Shown here: positions 23,823 to 36,968 of the stretch, in pieces | Layout of the letters: each line of letters opens with the position of its first letter | Position numbering within the stretch: position 1 is the stretch's first letter | Source: Malacoraja senta | Taxonomy: Eukaryota | DNA: 64,000 bases | Assembly (NCBI GenBank): GCA_038087875.1 | Contig: CM075990.1 | Span: 15,130,001 to 15,194,000 of the forward strand | Direction of reading: 5' to 3' | Program-made: the position numbers and the translations under genes | Notes under the pieces: generated by a model | Database searches by the model: none | Seen by the model: only the letters and a program-made list of their open reading frames with translations | What the model was told of the DNA's origin: nothing

Positions 23823-24048
23823 ACATATGAACGCTTTATGAACCATATAGCGTTGATCCTTTGGTAACGTTTTTCTGAATTCCATCTTCTCTTTGGATTT
23901 TTTTCTTGTTAATTTTGTAAACTGCAGCTGGAAAACACTTCCATCACAGAGTTCCTGAAACCATCCGCCCTCCCCTCCCTCCTTCCTTCCCCCTTACACA
24001 ACCAGCACGTGTCAAATCACTGGAGAGGACTGCCGAGTTTTAAAAGTA

Positions 24049-24246
24049 GAAACAAAATACTGTAGATGCTGGTTTATGCCAAATATAGACACAAAGTGCT
24101 CGAGTAACTCAGCGGGTCAGGCAGCTCTGGAGAAGAAGGACAGGTGACGTTTTGGGTCTGAAGAAGGGTTCCGACCCAAAACGTCACCAGAGTTCTTCTC
24201 CAGAGCTGTTGCCTGGCCCGTTGAGTAACTCCAGCACTTTGTGTCT
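24049..24246. mobile_element. Fold-back PLE-derived hammerhead-motif element
   Basis: 15 bp TSD CGAGTTTTAAAAGTA (24034-24048, 24247-24261). Core GGTCTGAAGAAGGGTTCCGACCCAAAACGTCACC. Confidence 0.88.
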
Positions 24247-24981
24247 CGAGTTTTAAAAGTAAATGTACTCAGAAGCTTGAATCAGCAGAAATTCTTTAAG
24301 ATCATTGTCTTGGTGTCTGGCGTTCTGCCAGCGTAAGACAGCCACTTCAAACGTGTTCCTCGCATAAGTACAAAATTAAACTGCAGAGGCATGTGGCAAC
24401 ACACCCATCCAACAGAATGACTGGCTTGACAGAAAGGCCTAATTATCTCTCAAAATAGTGTCTTCCCAAACCACTGCTTTTCCCTATTTCTATCTAAAAT
24501 TTTGATCTACCAATTCACGGCAGTGAACAAGATGAGAACGTAATGGAATTAAAAGTTCTGCGGAATTTATTCATGGCTTGCCTGGTATTGAGGTGCGACA
24601 TATTCGTGGCAGTAAATAAAACAGACAATGCAAGGAATACTCGGCATGTGGGGGGAAGGAAAAAGAGTAAATACGTATGGCCATCAGTATAACATAGAAC
24701 ATAGAACAGTACAGCACAGAAACAGGTCCTTCGGCCCACCATGTCTGCACCCAACATGATGCCAAAACCACTCTTATGACCCAGTAAATATTCCACACCC
24801 CGCCATTTACTGCATATCCATAAGTTTATCCAAAACTCTCTCAAATGCCACTATCTGCTTCCACCTCCACCTCCACCCCCTCACTCCTCCAGCCCTCACC
24901 ACCCTCTGTAAAGATAATTGTCCCTCCCGCACAGCTCCTTTAAATTTTGCCCCTCTCATCTTGAAACTGTATCCTCTAGTG

Positions 24982-25215
24982 CAGAGCTTCTTTAACTATT
25001 TCACTGTCATTCACCCTTGAGTCTTTATCACAAAATTTCATTCACCCTCGAATAAATTGTCTTATGTTTTTTGGTAATTTTTCTCTTATTCTACCTTGTA
25101 TATTATACTTGAATAAATGAAGTCATTCACCCTTCATTCACCCCTCTAGTTTCATTCACCCCAAAATAATTTCATTCACCCTTGGGTGAATCATTCACCA
25201 GTTTAAGAAGCACTG
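24982..25215. mobile_element. hAT (Charlie-like) MITE inserted in a minus-strand CR1 fragment
   Basis: TIR CAGAGCTTCTTTAACT / AGTTTAAGAAGCACTG (14/16). Imperfect 8 bp TSD CTCTAGTG/CTCCAGCG. Several internal TCATTCACC motifs. Confidence 0.75.
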
Positions 25216-26859
25216 CTCCAGCGTTTGATATTATCATGAAACATTATCTCTGTTTTCCTTTCCACAAATGCATCTTTGCCTGTGTTTTCCAAAGTTTTCT
25301 GTCTATATTTCAGATTCCCAGCATCTTTTGATATTTTGCTTTTGTGCCATTCATTAAGGAACAGTCACCAACAGATTGAAACTTTCAGTCTCAGATTTGG
25401 TAAGACTGTACAATCTTAGCCAGACTTACAATCAATAGTATTTTACCTGCAGTAGTGTTGGCTGGAACATACAGTATATACAAATAAAATTAGGGGTTAA
25501 AGGAAAGGATGACCGCAGTAATGGGGAATTCTTTGGGAAATAAAAATATCGAGTAACAGAATTCACTGAAAGCAGCAGAAGCTTTGAGCCCCAATAATGG
25601 ATTTCTCCTGGTCCCTTGTATTTTATATGAATCCCAACTTTGACTACATTGCAGCTAAAGTGAAAGGTTCAAGAAATCCATTGAGTGCATTTACTCTTAT
25701 TTATTTTGTGGGGAAAACTATTTTCTTTGTGTTTCTTTTTAAAAAGACATCCATTATATCTAAATGGTAGTTGAAGAACTGTAGTTTTTGGCAGAGTGTG
25801 ACTGACTGACTCAACCGAACACAAAGGGCCATAATTTGTTGTCAAGATCTTGGTGAGACTAATGGGCAGGCACTGGTATTTATGTGCAATCACTGCAGCA
25901 CTTAAGGTGAGATGAGACACAGAAAGCCACAAGTTTCTCTCCAAGAAATAACAACCTGCCATTTATTTCAAGGAACAGTCTCGCTGGCTCCCTCAAGCGT
26001 AGCTGATTTACTTGTGAGCAATGTATGAACCAATTGCGTCACAGAATGTTAAATCTTTTTTATTTGACTCTCCCGTTCATTTTCGCAACATGTGTGAACC
26101 CCCGCCTGGTCATTTCTAAAATTCCTGGTCTTCTTAAACCAGGAACGAGACCTGAAACATCACGTATTCCTTTTCTCCAGAAATGCTGCCTGACCCGCTG
26201 AGTTACCCTGGTACGGGCATCAGAGGTTCTGGGGAAAAGGCAGGAGAATGGGGTCAAGAGGGAGAGAAAGATCAGCCATGATTGAATGGCAGAGTAGACT
26301 TGATTCTCTGAATGGTTTAATTCTGCTCTGATTGTATCTCTTATGATTTTTTGGTGTTTGATGGTCAGTGCAAATACTATGGGGCTGAAAGACCTGTTGC
26401 TGACTGCTTCTTTCCGACTCTGATTTCTCATATCATGTATTCTTTGCCTGTTATGAAGTTGAATACACCTGCACTTATTCCACTCAGTGCTATGCTACAA
26501 AATTTAGAATATGCAATCTGTTTCAAGAGAGTTGTGTGGTTAATCATCATATGAACTGATAAAGGAACAAGGAGACACAGTTGCCTTCCCTGCCTCAGGT
26601 ATCCTGTTAGCCTTGCTGTGACTTCTCAGCAAACTTTGCTGACATCTTTTCGTCAACAAATTACAGGGAAAATTATAGTATTATTCTGCTTGTAGCCAAA
26701 CTCTCGTCAAATTTCGACTGCTCATGGTTTTGTGAAATAAAACAGTTTCCAACTACATCTGCAATGTGACTTTGCTCCCTACTTATGTTGTTAATAGTTA
26801 TCCTACCAGATTTTTCGATATTTTTCTTTTTGAAGTTGATGTTAGATTTAAGGTTACGT

Positions 26860-27350
26860 TCTCAGGTCTGGGTCAGAGAGCTGTGGTTTATGATCTGAAC
26901 TAACTAACCATGCAGTGCAGTACCAAGACCACACAGCACTGTCTGAGGTCTGATTTCTGGACACGATGCTTAACATAAACTCCAAGTTCCTCCTCTGGCA
27001 GGGAGCAATCATCCCATGTTGCTACTCCGGGAATTCACTATTTATTTTTTATTTTTATTTTATTTTATTTTATTTTATTTTTTTTATTTTATTTTTAACA
27101 TAAACTCCAAGTTCCTCCTCTGGCAGGGAGCAATCATCCCATGATGCTACTCCGGGAATTCACTATTTATTTTTTATTTTTTATGTTTGTTCCTCAATCA
27201 GAACTGTTATCTTGGGTTTTTTCAATGCTCTGGGTTCTTGCTATGTACAGATTCTTCACTGTGTTTCTGTAGTGTCGCAATATCATGCTTCAAATGTCCT
27301 TCAATGAAAATAATGTCCTTTGGGGCGTCCTGGTGTCGATAAAGGCAAAA
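26860..27350 (+). mobile_element. Ancient Deu-domain SINE relic (SacSINE1/AmnSINE1-like)
   Basis: Degenerate order of motifs GTGCAGTAC..CAGCACTGTC.GAGGT, ATCCCATG, TTATCT.GG, CTTGCT.TGT.CA, CTTCAAA.GT.CTTCA, CTTTGGG.CGTCCTG..GTCG..AAAGGC. Recognised from memory of the consensus. Confidence 0.5.
26971..27183. repeat. Direct duplication of about 87 bp around a T-rich tract
   Basis: TAACATAAACTCCAAG...GGGAATTCACTATTTATTTTTTATTTTT at 26971 and 27096, with about one substitution in the non-T part. Confidence 0.9.
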
Positions 27351-27594
27351 TGTCAATGTTTTTTTTCCATATTTTAAGGAGGCTTGACATCAAAGGTTTC
27401 TTTGCAGGTTCCATTTTGTATCTTTTGTGTCCAATTTCCTTTGTGTTTTCTGTACCATACAGTGTGGACCTGTTCTCCACTGCTTTCTTTCTAATATATT
27501 GTTTTCCTTCATCGTGTAGATCTCCCGTCGGGCCAGCTACTGGGAGAAGAACAGCGATTATTAACCAAGACCTCTCTCGTGCTTCCTTTTCCAG

Positions 27595-27718
27595 GTTCTT
27601 CATTCTTCATAAGTTGCCAAACCTGAAGTTCCTGGATGCAAGGAAGGTTACCCAAAAGGAACAAAGAGAAGCAAGCACTCGGGGCGTCTTCATGAGAGTG
27701 GTGAAACCCAAAGAATTG
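27595..27718 (+). CDS. LRMDA: LRMDA internal coding exon
   Basis: Pyrimidine tract and CAG acceptor (27592-27594). 124 nt reading (R)[41 protein letters not shown]; phase completes the AG|G Arg codon from the previous exon. Probable donor GTAAAG at 27719. Confidence 0.92.
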
Positions 27719-29864
27719 GTAAAGTATCCAGAGATTAGACAATGTAATCTTTCTTTTTTTTATTTTCTTTTTTTTTGGAATTTATTTTATTAGAAGCGAT
27801 TGTACAAGGATATCTTGTAATCTTTCTTAATTGCTACATGCAAATACAAAAACAGTTAAGGAAAAATTGCTACCTATAGCTATCAATATTACTTACACAT
27901 CTGTTAACCTGCGAATCCCTGCGTACAAGCTATATATACACACACATATGATATCAAGTCGCATAAATGTGCATGTGTTCTCTTATTTAATTGATTTGGT
28001 ATTTTGCTGAATTATGGCTAGCTTTAAGAACATCTTCATCCCGTTAGTCCACCTTTCCAGCTTGTTGCCTCCTGTTCTTTATTATCGTGCTGACAATTTG
28101 TGCTTCACGACGTCTGATTTAAAATAATAAATTAAATCTCCTGTTAAAGTTAAAAAAAAAAAACTTTAATCACACAAGGGAGATTTTAATGACCAGATTT
28201 TGACATCATTTCATTTGCCTAAGCGTAGATCAAAGTGGACGAGGCCTGTCTGATTCCAGTAGTGTTACAGGGCGTGACAGCACTTCACATCAAAACGACA
28301 GCTCACGTACAGGACCATCAAATTGCTCAATTATATTCTGGGCCTGTAATTATTCCTCTCCATTTTTTGCAAAGCCTTCATTTGTCATTCCATTGACATA
28401 ATTTACCTTATGATCACCTCACTAATATTTTGGTTGCCTCCGCGGCTGAAGAGATAGGGAGGCAGCTTCCATTCGTCTTGTTTTGAAATTGATGAGCTCT
28501 GATACGGCAGCCACAATAACCTCTGCAGGGCATGTGTAGTCTTTGTGTTTAATTGCCTTCATCATCCCAATTGTCTGCTGACCAAAAGTGCAGATCACCA
28601 ATTACTGCAGCTGTGTCCAAACCTGCAGGTAATTGGATTTCTCTGGCAGAGCATAATTGGATATTTTTTTGCTGTTTGTTGACAAACTTCGCCGTTTTAT
28701 CCTCCGTGTGACATTGTGGCATTTATGAGACAAAGGGTATATATCCTTGGTGATCCTTGTTTATACGTTAAACTTCCAAGTCCAAATAGTCGACAGTGCA
28801 CAGAGGTGGAATATCCAGTGCATAGACTGTGTAAAAAAAAAAGATGCATTTAATATATATATTACCACAATGATGAAAACGACATAAGTAGGAGCAAGTG
28901 TTATCCATCTTGTGGTTTGCATTTATATATTTTTGCAATGTCGACAGTCACACTCACCTTAGCCGGCGCTTGGCTCCTCAAATCATGCTTGGATCGTTAT
29001 GTGAGGTGAAGCCTTCTGCCAACTGGTGGAAAGTAAGTCACAGTCGTACAGCAAGGAAACGAGCCCTTCAGCCCTCCAAGCACGCACGCGTCTGTGCTAA
29101 ATCTACACTAATCCCATTTTATTCTCCCCGCATCCCGTCAACTCCTCTCAAATTCTGCTGCTCACCTGCACGCCAAGAGCTATTTACAGTGTGACCTGTT
29201 AACAAATCAGGCCATGTGTTGTTGGAATGAGGCGGGGAGGGGAAGCCCATGCAGTCAAAGGGAGAACGTGCAAACTAGATAAACAGCATGGGAAGTCAGG
29301 ATCAAATTGGGTCGCAGAGATGGTGAAGTGGATGCCCTATGCTGCCCCATCAGACTGCCCTGATGACCAATGGACTGTTTTTGTTAGCAAAGACCTTTAC
29401 CACCGTTTCTACATGTATCCAATAGGCAGAGAGAGCTAGAAACTTGAAAAAAATTAAATATTTATTAAAACACTTTAAAAATAATATGTTCATTTAAAAC
29501 CACATTCACCTTGTGTAAATGGATTAAAAATATTAATTAAAATCAAGTTAAAAAGCAAAGTCAATTATCTTTGCTTATCTTTACAGTGCAAGTCTATCAT
29601 CCTATTCAAATAAATGGGACCATATCGGCTCAGATGCACCAGGGAGAGTCTCTGGGAGAGTTCAGGGACCAGGTACAAAGTGCATCTCATTGACTCATTG
29701 ACAGATGCAGCACGGAAACAGGCCCTTCGGCCCACCAAGTCCAAGGCAAGCATCGACCCCCTGTTCAACTAGTTCTATGGTATCCCACTTTCTCATCCAC
29801 TCCCCTCACACTGGCACAGTTTTACAGTGACCAATTAACCTGCAACCCCGCACTTCTTTGGGAT

Positions 29865-29958
29865 CTGAAGAAGGGTTTCGGCCCGAAACGTTGCCTATTT
29901 CCTTCGCTCCATAGATGCTGCTGCACCCGCTGAGTTTCTCCAGCATTTTTGTGTACCC
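29865..29958 (+). mobile_element. Single-arm hammerhead-motif mini-element (subfamily A) inserted in a minus-strand SINE
   Basis: Begins exactly at CTGAAGAAGGGTTTCGGCCCGAAACGTT. 10 bp TSD TCTTTGGGAT (29855-29864, 29959-29968). Confidence 0.88.
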
Positions 29959-31329
29959 TCTTTGGGATTTGTTCCATTGGTCTTGGTGTAACAGTGTAGC
30001 AGCTGGATGCAGAGGTGAGGTCATGGGTGGATTTGCTGCCTCCAGCTGTGTACAGATGTAAATGCACATTATCGGCCGCTGTGCACACTGCAGCTTCTCA
30101 ACAGAGTCCATCGCATCGCGAGGCCTAAGTGTTACCTGGTCCACTAGCGTTGCTTCACTTTGCAGGTGGACCACTTGGAGAGTTCCTCAGGTTCAGACGT
30201 TAGAACGTGCAATGGAGAATAAAATGGAATCAATGTAAATGTAAGTGATGCTCAGTATGGACTTGAAGGGCTGAAGGGCCTGCTTCCTTGCTGTGTGACC
30301 CAAAATGCGATGTATATAGTGATGATAGGACAGTTGAAAGAGCATTAACTATATTTATTCCTGATGGAGAAAGCAGCCGCTCTCGATTCTCATGAGTGAA
30401 AGGAATAATGAGAAGTTTTGCACCTCAATTTGACTGTCACCAAAGAAGGGATAATTATCAAAGGTTTAGAACTGTGGTTTCCTCTATCCTCTATCCACAT
30501 GCAGCTTTGAATATGGTGTTCCCTCAAGGCCATTTGCTGCATCTGGCAAGAGTAATGTTGCAAGGCAGTCTAATCATTAAAATGAAATTGGTCTTAAAGG
30601 CAACAAGCCAGGAAGTAAAAATAATATTGTTTATGGTAAATGGATCTTTGTTAAGTTTGGCAATTTTTTTGTGTGAAACTGTTCGGGGTATTTTGCCTCG
30701 TAGAAGAATCTATGGTTGTTGGTGTAAGTAGAATGAAATCTCAGATATTTAAAAACTCTACAAGTCTGGGGAACGTGGACTGTAAAGAACAGGTGGCCTG
30801 AGACGAGACTCCCCTTATGCTTCCTCATTTATTTAGTGCAACAAAGGGTTTAGTAGAAAATTAGTTTTTTTGTAAGTGCATTTGCTCAGGAAGTAATCAA
30901 TGCTCCGCACCAAATGGAGCTGGAATAGAACCAGAAGCTGGTGATACTTCAGGTAAACAGAATCATGCTTTGACTGAATTGAAAGAAAACTGGTCATGTA
31001 AAATCCACATTCCTCATGAATGAGAGTATTAACAGTCAATTCACATGATAAGTGATTCCATGAAATGTGAAACTGAAAAAAACAACATCAGTCCTGATTC
31101 AAACAGAAATTGAGTGAACGAAATGAACAAACTTGTTCGGCGAAGTGGTCACGCAACCTGCCTTTGATTCCATACGATTGATAAAGTGAATCTGTCTCCC
31201 CCGGAGGATGTGGCTCTGCCAGGGAGATGATAGGGTTAAAATTCTGAGAGATTGAGGAAGGGTCTGCAAGGTGACAACTATGAGGTCTGTCGTAGAGTGT
31301 ACCACTGAAGACAAGTAGGACACAGACCA

Positions 31330-31716
31330 ATCTCCTTCCACCTTGGTAGTGGTCTACATCAGGAAGGCTGGATGTATCGCCAAGGAAGCCTGCCAACCCG
31401 TTCACCTCCATTCCTCTCTTCTACCTACAAGGAGAAGATGCAGGAGCTTGCAAACCCAGAATCCAGACCCAAGAAGAACTTCTTTTCCATGGCTCTCATC
31501 CTTTTGAACCAACCTTCTTCCTACTCCTTTCTTGGACATGTTGCCCCATAATCTTACTCTTAACTCTACCTCACTCGGTTATTCCACTGTTGCACTCTGC
31601 CATATTTTTGTATTTACTTTACATTGTACAACAGTCTTTGCACCATTCTGCTGCTCAGCATTTGTTGTGTGCATTAATTGTTGAACTTGTTGTCTAGCTT
31701 GTGTAGCCTGAGCTTC
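31330..31716 (+). mobile_element. Decayed Rex1/Babar-like 3' region (tail resumes about 32100-32140)
   Basis: Remnants of LLP..RRCRSL and KKNFFSMAL.LLN motifs; TGACAATAAA tail after the Vingi insertion. Confidence 0.55.
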
Positions 31717-31728
31717 ATGCACACTAGG

Positions 31729-32087
31729 CCGCTTCCAAGGCAGCCTGGGTCAAGACGAGATGGAGACACCAGTGGAAGTCAGCGGAACCATCTAGGCTAC
31801 ACCGTTACATCGATGACCCCTGGCCAGGACCTGCCCCGAAAGCAGTGGACAACCCTCAACCGCTTGAGGACAGGCGTCGGACGCTATGGAGTAGCGATGA
31901 AGAAGGTGGGGCCTCGTGGACAGCGAGCGCCTCCTGCCAGTGTGGGGACCCAACACAGACAGTGGAGCACATCGTCACCAGTTGCCCCAAACACCGGCCA
32001 CCGAATGGTGAACGAGGTCTGATTGACCTGGACGATTACACCTCAAAGGAGCTGCAGGTCTAAAAGACATACGACAGAAGAAGAAGA
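31729..32087 (+). mobile_element. Vingi/Ingi (I-group) LINE 3' fragment with CCHC zinc knuckle
   Basis: Frameshifted WTTLNRLRTGVGRY...CQCGDPTQTVEHIVTSCP. CATACGACA(GAA)n tail. 12 bp TSD ATGCACACTAGG (31717-31728, 32088-32099). Confidence 0.85.
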
Positions 32088-32899
32088 ATGCACACTAGGA
32101 ATTTCACAGGGGGTAAATGACAATAAACCAATCTCAATCTCCCCTCAGCCACCACCCCATAATCATCTGAGCATGAATCTGTAAATACTCACTAATCTGT
32201 ATGTCACAAAACATTTGCGTACCCCCAATAATCTGGCAAATTTCAATTCCCACCCATATACTTATGCTTGCCGAATGAGGAGTACAATCTTAAAATTAGC
32301 TATCTATATTAAACTAATAATTGCAAGGTTCACCCTAATGCTGCTTGTGATTTAGTACTGAAAGCATTATTTTCTGTGACCAAGATTAATTTCAGATTCC
32401 CTGGAGTAGGAATCGTATTGTTTACTTCGGCATGCAGCATGATGTAAAAGAAATAATATGTCGACCGTTTTGGTCTGCTTGTATGTAGTTGAGCCAGTTC
32501 TTTTGTTGATCTACACAATCATCAACAATCATCATTCACTCTGTCATAAACCTCGCCCAGCCAACGTTTATCACCCCCAATGCCCCTTCTTGCATCTTTT
32601 CCATCCGTTTTCCTACTCTCCTGCAAGGAATTGCTTACTCAGATTTAAAGTTATCCAGAAAAAGCAACGTGAAATAATTTGGTCCGTTGGCTGTGATTTT
32701 CATGAGATTTACTGGCTGTGGTCATCGCTTTCATAAAGTGGCACCATGGTGTCAGGGGGACAAGATTAGTGCATGTTATGTTCTGAACAGGAAATTGGAT
32801 GTCCAACAAGGATTTCCGTTTCTATGCGGTATTTTACTGTCCTTCCATATTTGTTCATTAACTGCAAAGTAATGTTATATCAGTGATGTCTCAGTAGGA

Positions 32900-33290
32900 A
32901 TTGAGTTAGTGGGAATAGAGAGCCAGAGTGTTTTATAAGTGGTGAGAATTGGTGTTCCGTGGGACCTAGGTGTCCTTGTACACATGAATCACTGAACATT
33001 AACATGCAGTGCAGCGAGCAATTAGGATGGCAAACGGTAAGGTAGCCTTTAATAAAAGATTTCAGGGCGAGAGTGGAGATCCATTACTCAAATTATCTCG
33101 GACCCTAGAGACTGCAGCTTGAATATTGTGTACAGGTCTACTCTCCCTGTTAAGTAAGAATAAACTTGCAATAGTGGGAGAGCAGTGAAGGTTCACTATG
33201 TTGGCCCCTGAGATAAGCTGATTTTTGTATAAGGAGAAATTAAGCAAAATGGGTGGATAAACTCCAGAGTATAGAAAATCCAGTGCCTTT
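32900..33290 (+). mobile_element. Decayed CR1 RT-region fragment
   Basis: Remnants of RDLGVLVH.SL and LEYCVQV.SP motifs. Confidence 0.65.
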
Positions 33291-34499
33291 ATTTTGTGAT
33301 GGTCTGTGCCAGTGCACCATACACCTTACACCATTAAAAAGTTAAATATCATATAGTTTGCCGTCCACATATCAAGTATGTTTATTAATCGGGGGTACTG
33401 GCATCTTTTTGTCAGTAAGTAAAGCACTGAGATGATCTGTGGAATCTAGGCATCCCAGCTGGGGGAAACATTGACTCTGCATCTATCATGTTCTTTAAGA
33501 ATTTTTGTATGAGATATTTTATACTTTGCGAGCAAAGGCCCAGTTTTTAAAATCTTTTGTAATTCTACATCACATCTCTGTATTAAGACACCACAATGTG
33601 TGTGTTTACAGGGGCAGATTCTGGGAGAAGTCACTGTCAAATTAGAACAGCTTGTCTCTCAAAGTCTTTCCAGTGTTTGCATTCAAGTAGTTCCTGTGCA
33701 TTAAGATTTATGACATCAAATTAAATTTATGACATCAAATCAACTTAGGCAGATTTGTGCCTGAAATAGTATGTGATGCAAACAAATTATTCATTACATT
33801 CTTGGAAGCATTTGTAATAAGGTCGTTTCATGATGAACAAACTAACTGAGGTGCTTGTCCAATGAAGCCAGCTTTCTTTAACTGATGGCAAATGAAAACC
33901 AGTGTTGGTGGACAACCTTTCAGATATCTTTAGTGTGTTAATTCTCTTCTCTCCCGATTACATTGATTTTCAACTTTCCCCTCCATATCTATAACCTTCT
34001 TGTGTCGCACTCAAGTGGCCATTAGTTGTGTCTGAGCAAGTGATGGCAGGTTATTCACCAGGGGTACATTAGACTGAGCTCATTGATCTGGTTTGAAAAC
34101 CTGTCACCAGCATTTACCCTTCCACAAGACCCAGAGAGGTGACAAGTTTGGTTCACCGCAGATGTAACGCTTGATTATTGAGTCTCCTGGATGACCTTGT
34201 AATGTTGCTTGGTACATAGTGTGGTGAAACATGCATCATGGACTTCAATTTATTTTGTTGATGAAATTATGTTTGAGCAATTGCATGCTGTTTGTCACTG
34301 TAATAACTTCAAGGAATTTTACAAAGTAGTTTGAAATACTTTTTTTAAGAACCTCAGTTCTCAGCTGATTATGAGAGTAATATCTGTAGATTTAAATGAC
34401 TTTCTTCATGACTTAATGCATAAATCTATTTATATTTTTTGTATTTTAATGTCCACTAGTTTTTTTATTTACAAAGATTATTCCACAGTAAATCACCAG

Positions 34500-34985
34500 T
34501 AGAGGGGTGATATTATCAAAGTCTTTTACCCAGGGTAGGAGAATCAAGAACCAGAGGACAGGGAAACATAGAAGCATAGATAATAGGTGCAGGAGTAGGC
34601 CATTCAGCCCTTCTGGCCAGCACCACCATTCAATATGATCATGGCTGATCATCCAAAATCAGTGCCCCGTTCCTGCTTTCTCCCCATATCCCTTGAATCC
34701 GTTAGCCCTAAGAGCTATATATAACTCTCTCTTGAAAACATCCAGTGAATTGGCCTCCACTGCCTTCTGTGGCAGAGAATTCCACAGATTCACAATTCTC
34801 TGGATGACATGTGTTTAAGTATGAGTGGATGATTTAAAAGGAACCTGAGAGGCAACTTTTTCACGCAGAGGTTGGTGGCAATATTGAACATGCCGCCAGA
34901 GGAAGTCATTGAGGCAGGTTTAACAACATTTAAAAGACATTTGGACAAGTCCATGGATGGGAAAGATTTAGGGGGATGTGGGCCA
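34500..34985. mobile_element. CR1 3' fragment (+) interrupted by a second CR1 3' end (-, 34562-34800)
   Basis: Plus copy breaks at AGAACCAGAGGACA and resumes at about 34805. Confidence 0.75.
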
Positions 34986-35639
34986 TTATTCTCACGTAAA
35001 GAATGCTCTTCTGACACAGAACATCATCTGGTTACCAAATCTTCCAAAACAAACTTAGACTCAAAGATTCTATTATTTTTCTAATTTTTTTCAAAATAAT
35101 CTTTTTATACAAGTATTCTGGGTACATTAAATATGTTGTGCATTATCCTAAATCAAATTCAGAATAACATCAAGAGAAAAAAAAGTCTCATTAAAAGGAA
35201 TTGAAGATATTTTTCAGATCAGGTTGCAGCCAAAGTAATCATTGTTAATGACTGGAAAAATAATTATAATGGGCAAAAAAATGATCACACATGCGTTTTA
35301 ATATCCAGCCCCAGGCTGTATATGTTATACTTTGATATGATGTTGAATATCGGCTGAAAAATGCAAGTACAGACATTATGCAGATAATTTTACTTTCAAA
35401 GAATGTGAGAAAACTATTTTAAACTGTATCCAGTTTAAAGTCGTCTCAAAGTTTGGTGGCTACATGTCTCACTGGATGAATGTAACATTTTTAGATGTTT
35501 AAACACCTATATGGGGTGCAACAAAAGTTTACTTAATGTAATCAAAAGCAATAATGTTTTATTCTTATTGATTAAATATGATAAAATATGATAAAATAGG
35601 CCGAGGTCAGTATGGTTTTGTGAAAGGGAGATCTTGCCT

Positions 35640-35870
35640 GTTGAACCTGTTGGAATATGGAATTCATTGCCGTAGACAGCTATGGAGGCCAAGTCAATGG
35701 GTATTTTTAAGGTGGAGATTGATAGGTTCTTGATTAGTACGGTTGTCTGGGATTATGGGGAGAAGGCAGGAGAATGGGATTGAGAGGGAAAGTTAGATCA
35801 GCCATGATTGAAATGGGGAGTAGACTTGATGGGCTGAAAGACTTAATTCTGCTCCTGTCACTTATGAATT
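35640..35870 (+). mobile_element. CR1-like 3' fragment
   Basis: Near-copy of 5930-6140. Confidence 0.8.
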
Positions 35871-36404
35871 TATTAACTTAATATGTTGTGCGATTTGTGA
35901 AAATAAAAATTGCCATAGAGAAATAAAATACAAACATTGGGAAACAATCAGTTCAATAAGAACAAAGATGGTAGAAGCTGCCTCTATTCTGGACTCGTAC
36001 ATTAACTATGAAGCATTGGGGAGATGGGAAAACTTTACTGATGCACGCTCTTTCCTGAAATATCATCTTATTTTTATGCATAGCTAAAATCCAAAGTCTA
36101 GTTTTGCTTAAAAGCGATGTTTAATTTACCACAATAAGTCTGGATATCCATCGAAGCACAAGCTTGACACACCAACCATCTTTAGGTTTTATTTCAAGAG
36201 AGGGCAATGTTGCAGATAATAATTGTATCAATCATTGGGAGCAGTATACTCTGCAGATCAGCAATGCACACAAGCTAAGCAGCTGTCACTTGGAAAACCT
36301 TTGAGGTATTCCGAAACAGGGTCTGTTTTGCCTGTGCCAGAAGTTGACACATTGTCAGCATTGTACAGACTTGGAAATCACACATTTTAATGCTTATTTT
36401 GTGC

Positions 36405-36610
36405 TTGTTAAACACAAACTGCCGGAGGAACTCAGCAGGTCAGGCAGCATCTGTGGGGGGAAATGAACAGATGATGTTTCAGGTCGGAATCCTTCTTCAA
36501 ACATTTGCCATTCTGAAGGAGGTTTGCAACCCAAAATCTCACCTGCCCATTCCCTCTCCAGATACCTACCGACTGTCCAGCTAAGTTTCTGCAGCACTGT
36601 GTTTTGCACA
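36405..36610. mobile_element. Older fold-back PLE-derived element
   Basis: CCTTCTTCA...TCTGAAG(G)AGG centre with degenerate inverted arms. Confidence 0.65.
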
Positions 36611-36637
36611 ATTCGTGAATTCATAATTTCTGCAATA

Positions 36638-36968
36638 GTAGAGAGGTGATCTTATCGAGGTGTATAAAATCTTGAGGGAATAGGGTGAATGGGAATGATT
36701 TCCCCAGGGTAGGGGAATCAAGAACCAGAGGACAGGGGTATAAGGGGTGAGGAGATAATGTAATTGGGGGCAACTCAGAGGATAACTGGTGTACGGAACG
36801 AGCAGCCAGAGGAAGTCAGTGACGCAGGTACTATAACAACATTTAAAAGACATTTAGACAGGAACCGTTTAGAAAATCATGGGCCAAACACGGGCAAAAG
36901 CAACTAACTTAGATGGAGCATCTTGGTTAGCATTGATGATTGGGTCGAAGGGCCTGTTTCTGTACTGC
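36638..36968 (+). mobile_element. CR1-like 3' fragment
   Basis: RGDLIEVYKILRG...FPRVGESRTRG motifs and 3' UTR. Confidence 0.75.

Noticed and set aside
27320..27793. 157 aa ORF as a standalone gene
   Set aside because: Only 27595-27718 resembles LRMDA and is bounded by splice sites; the rest is open intron.
33990..34170. Possible AmnSINE2/LF-SINE-like relic (also about 3430-3570)
   Set aside because: Resemblance is too weak to support without a profile search.
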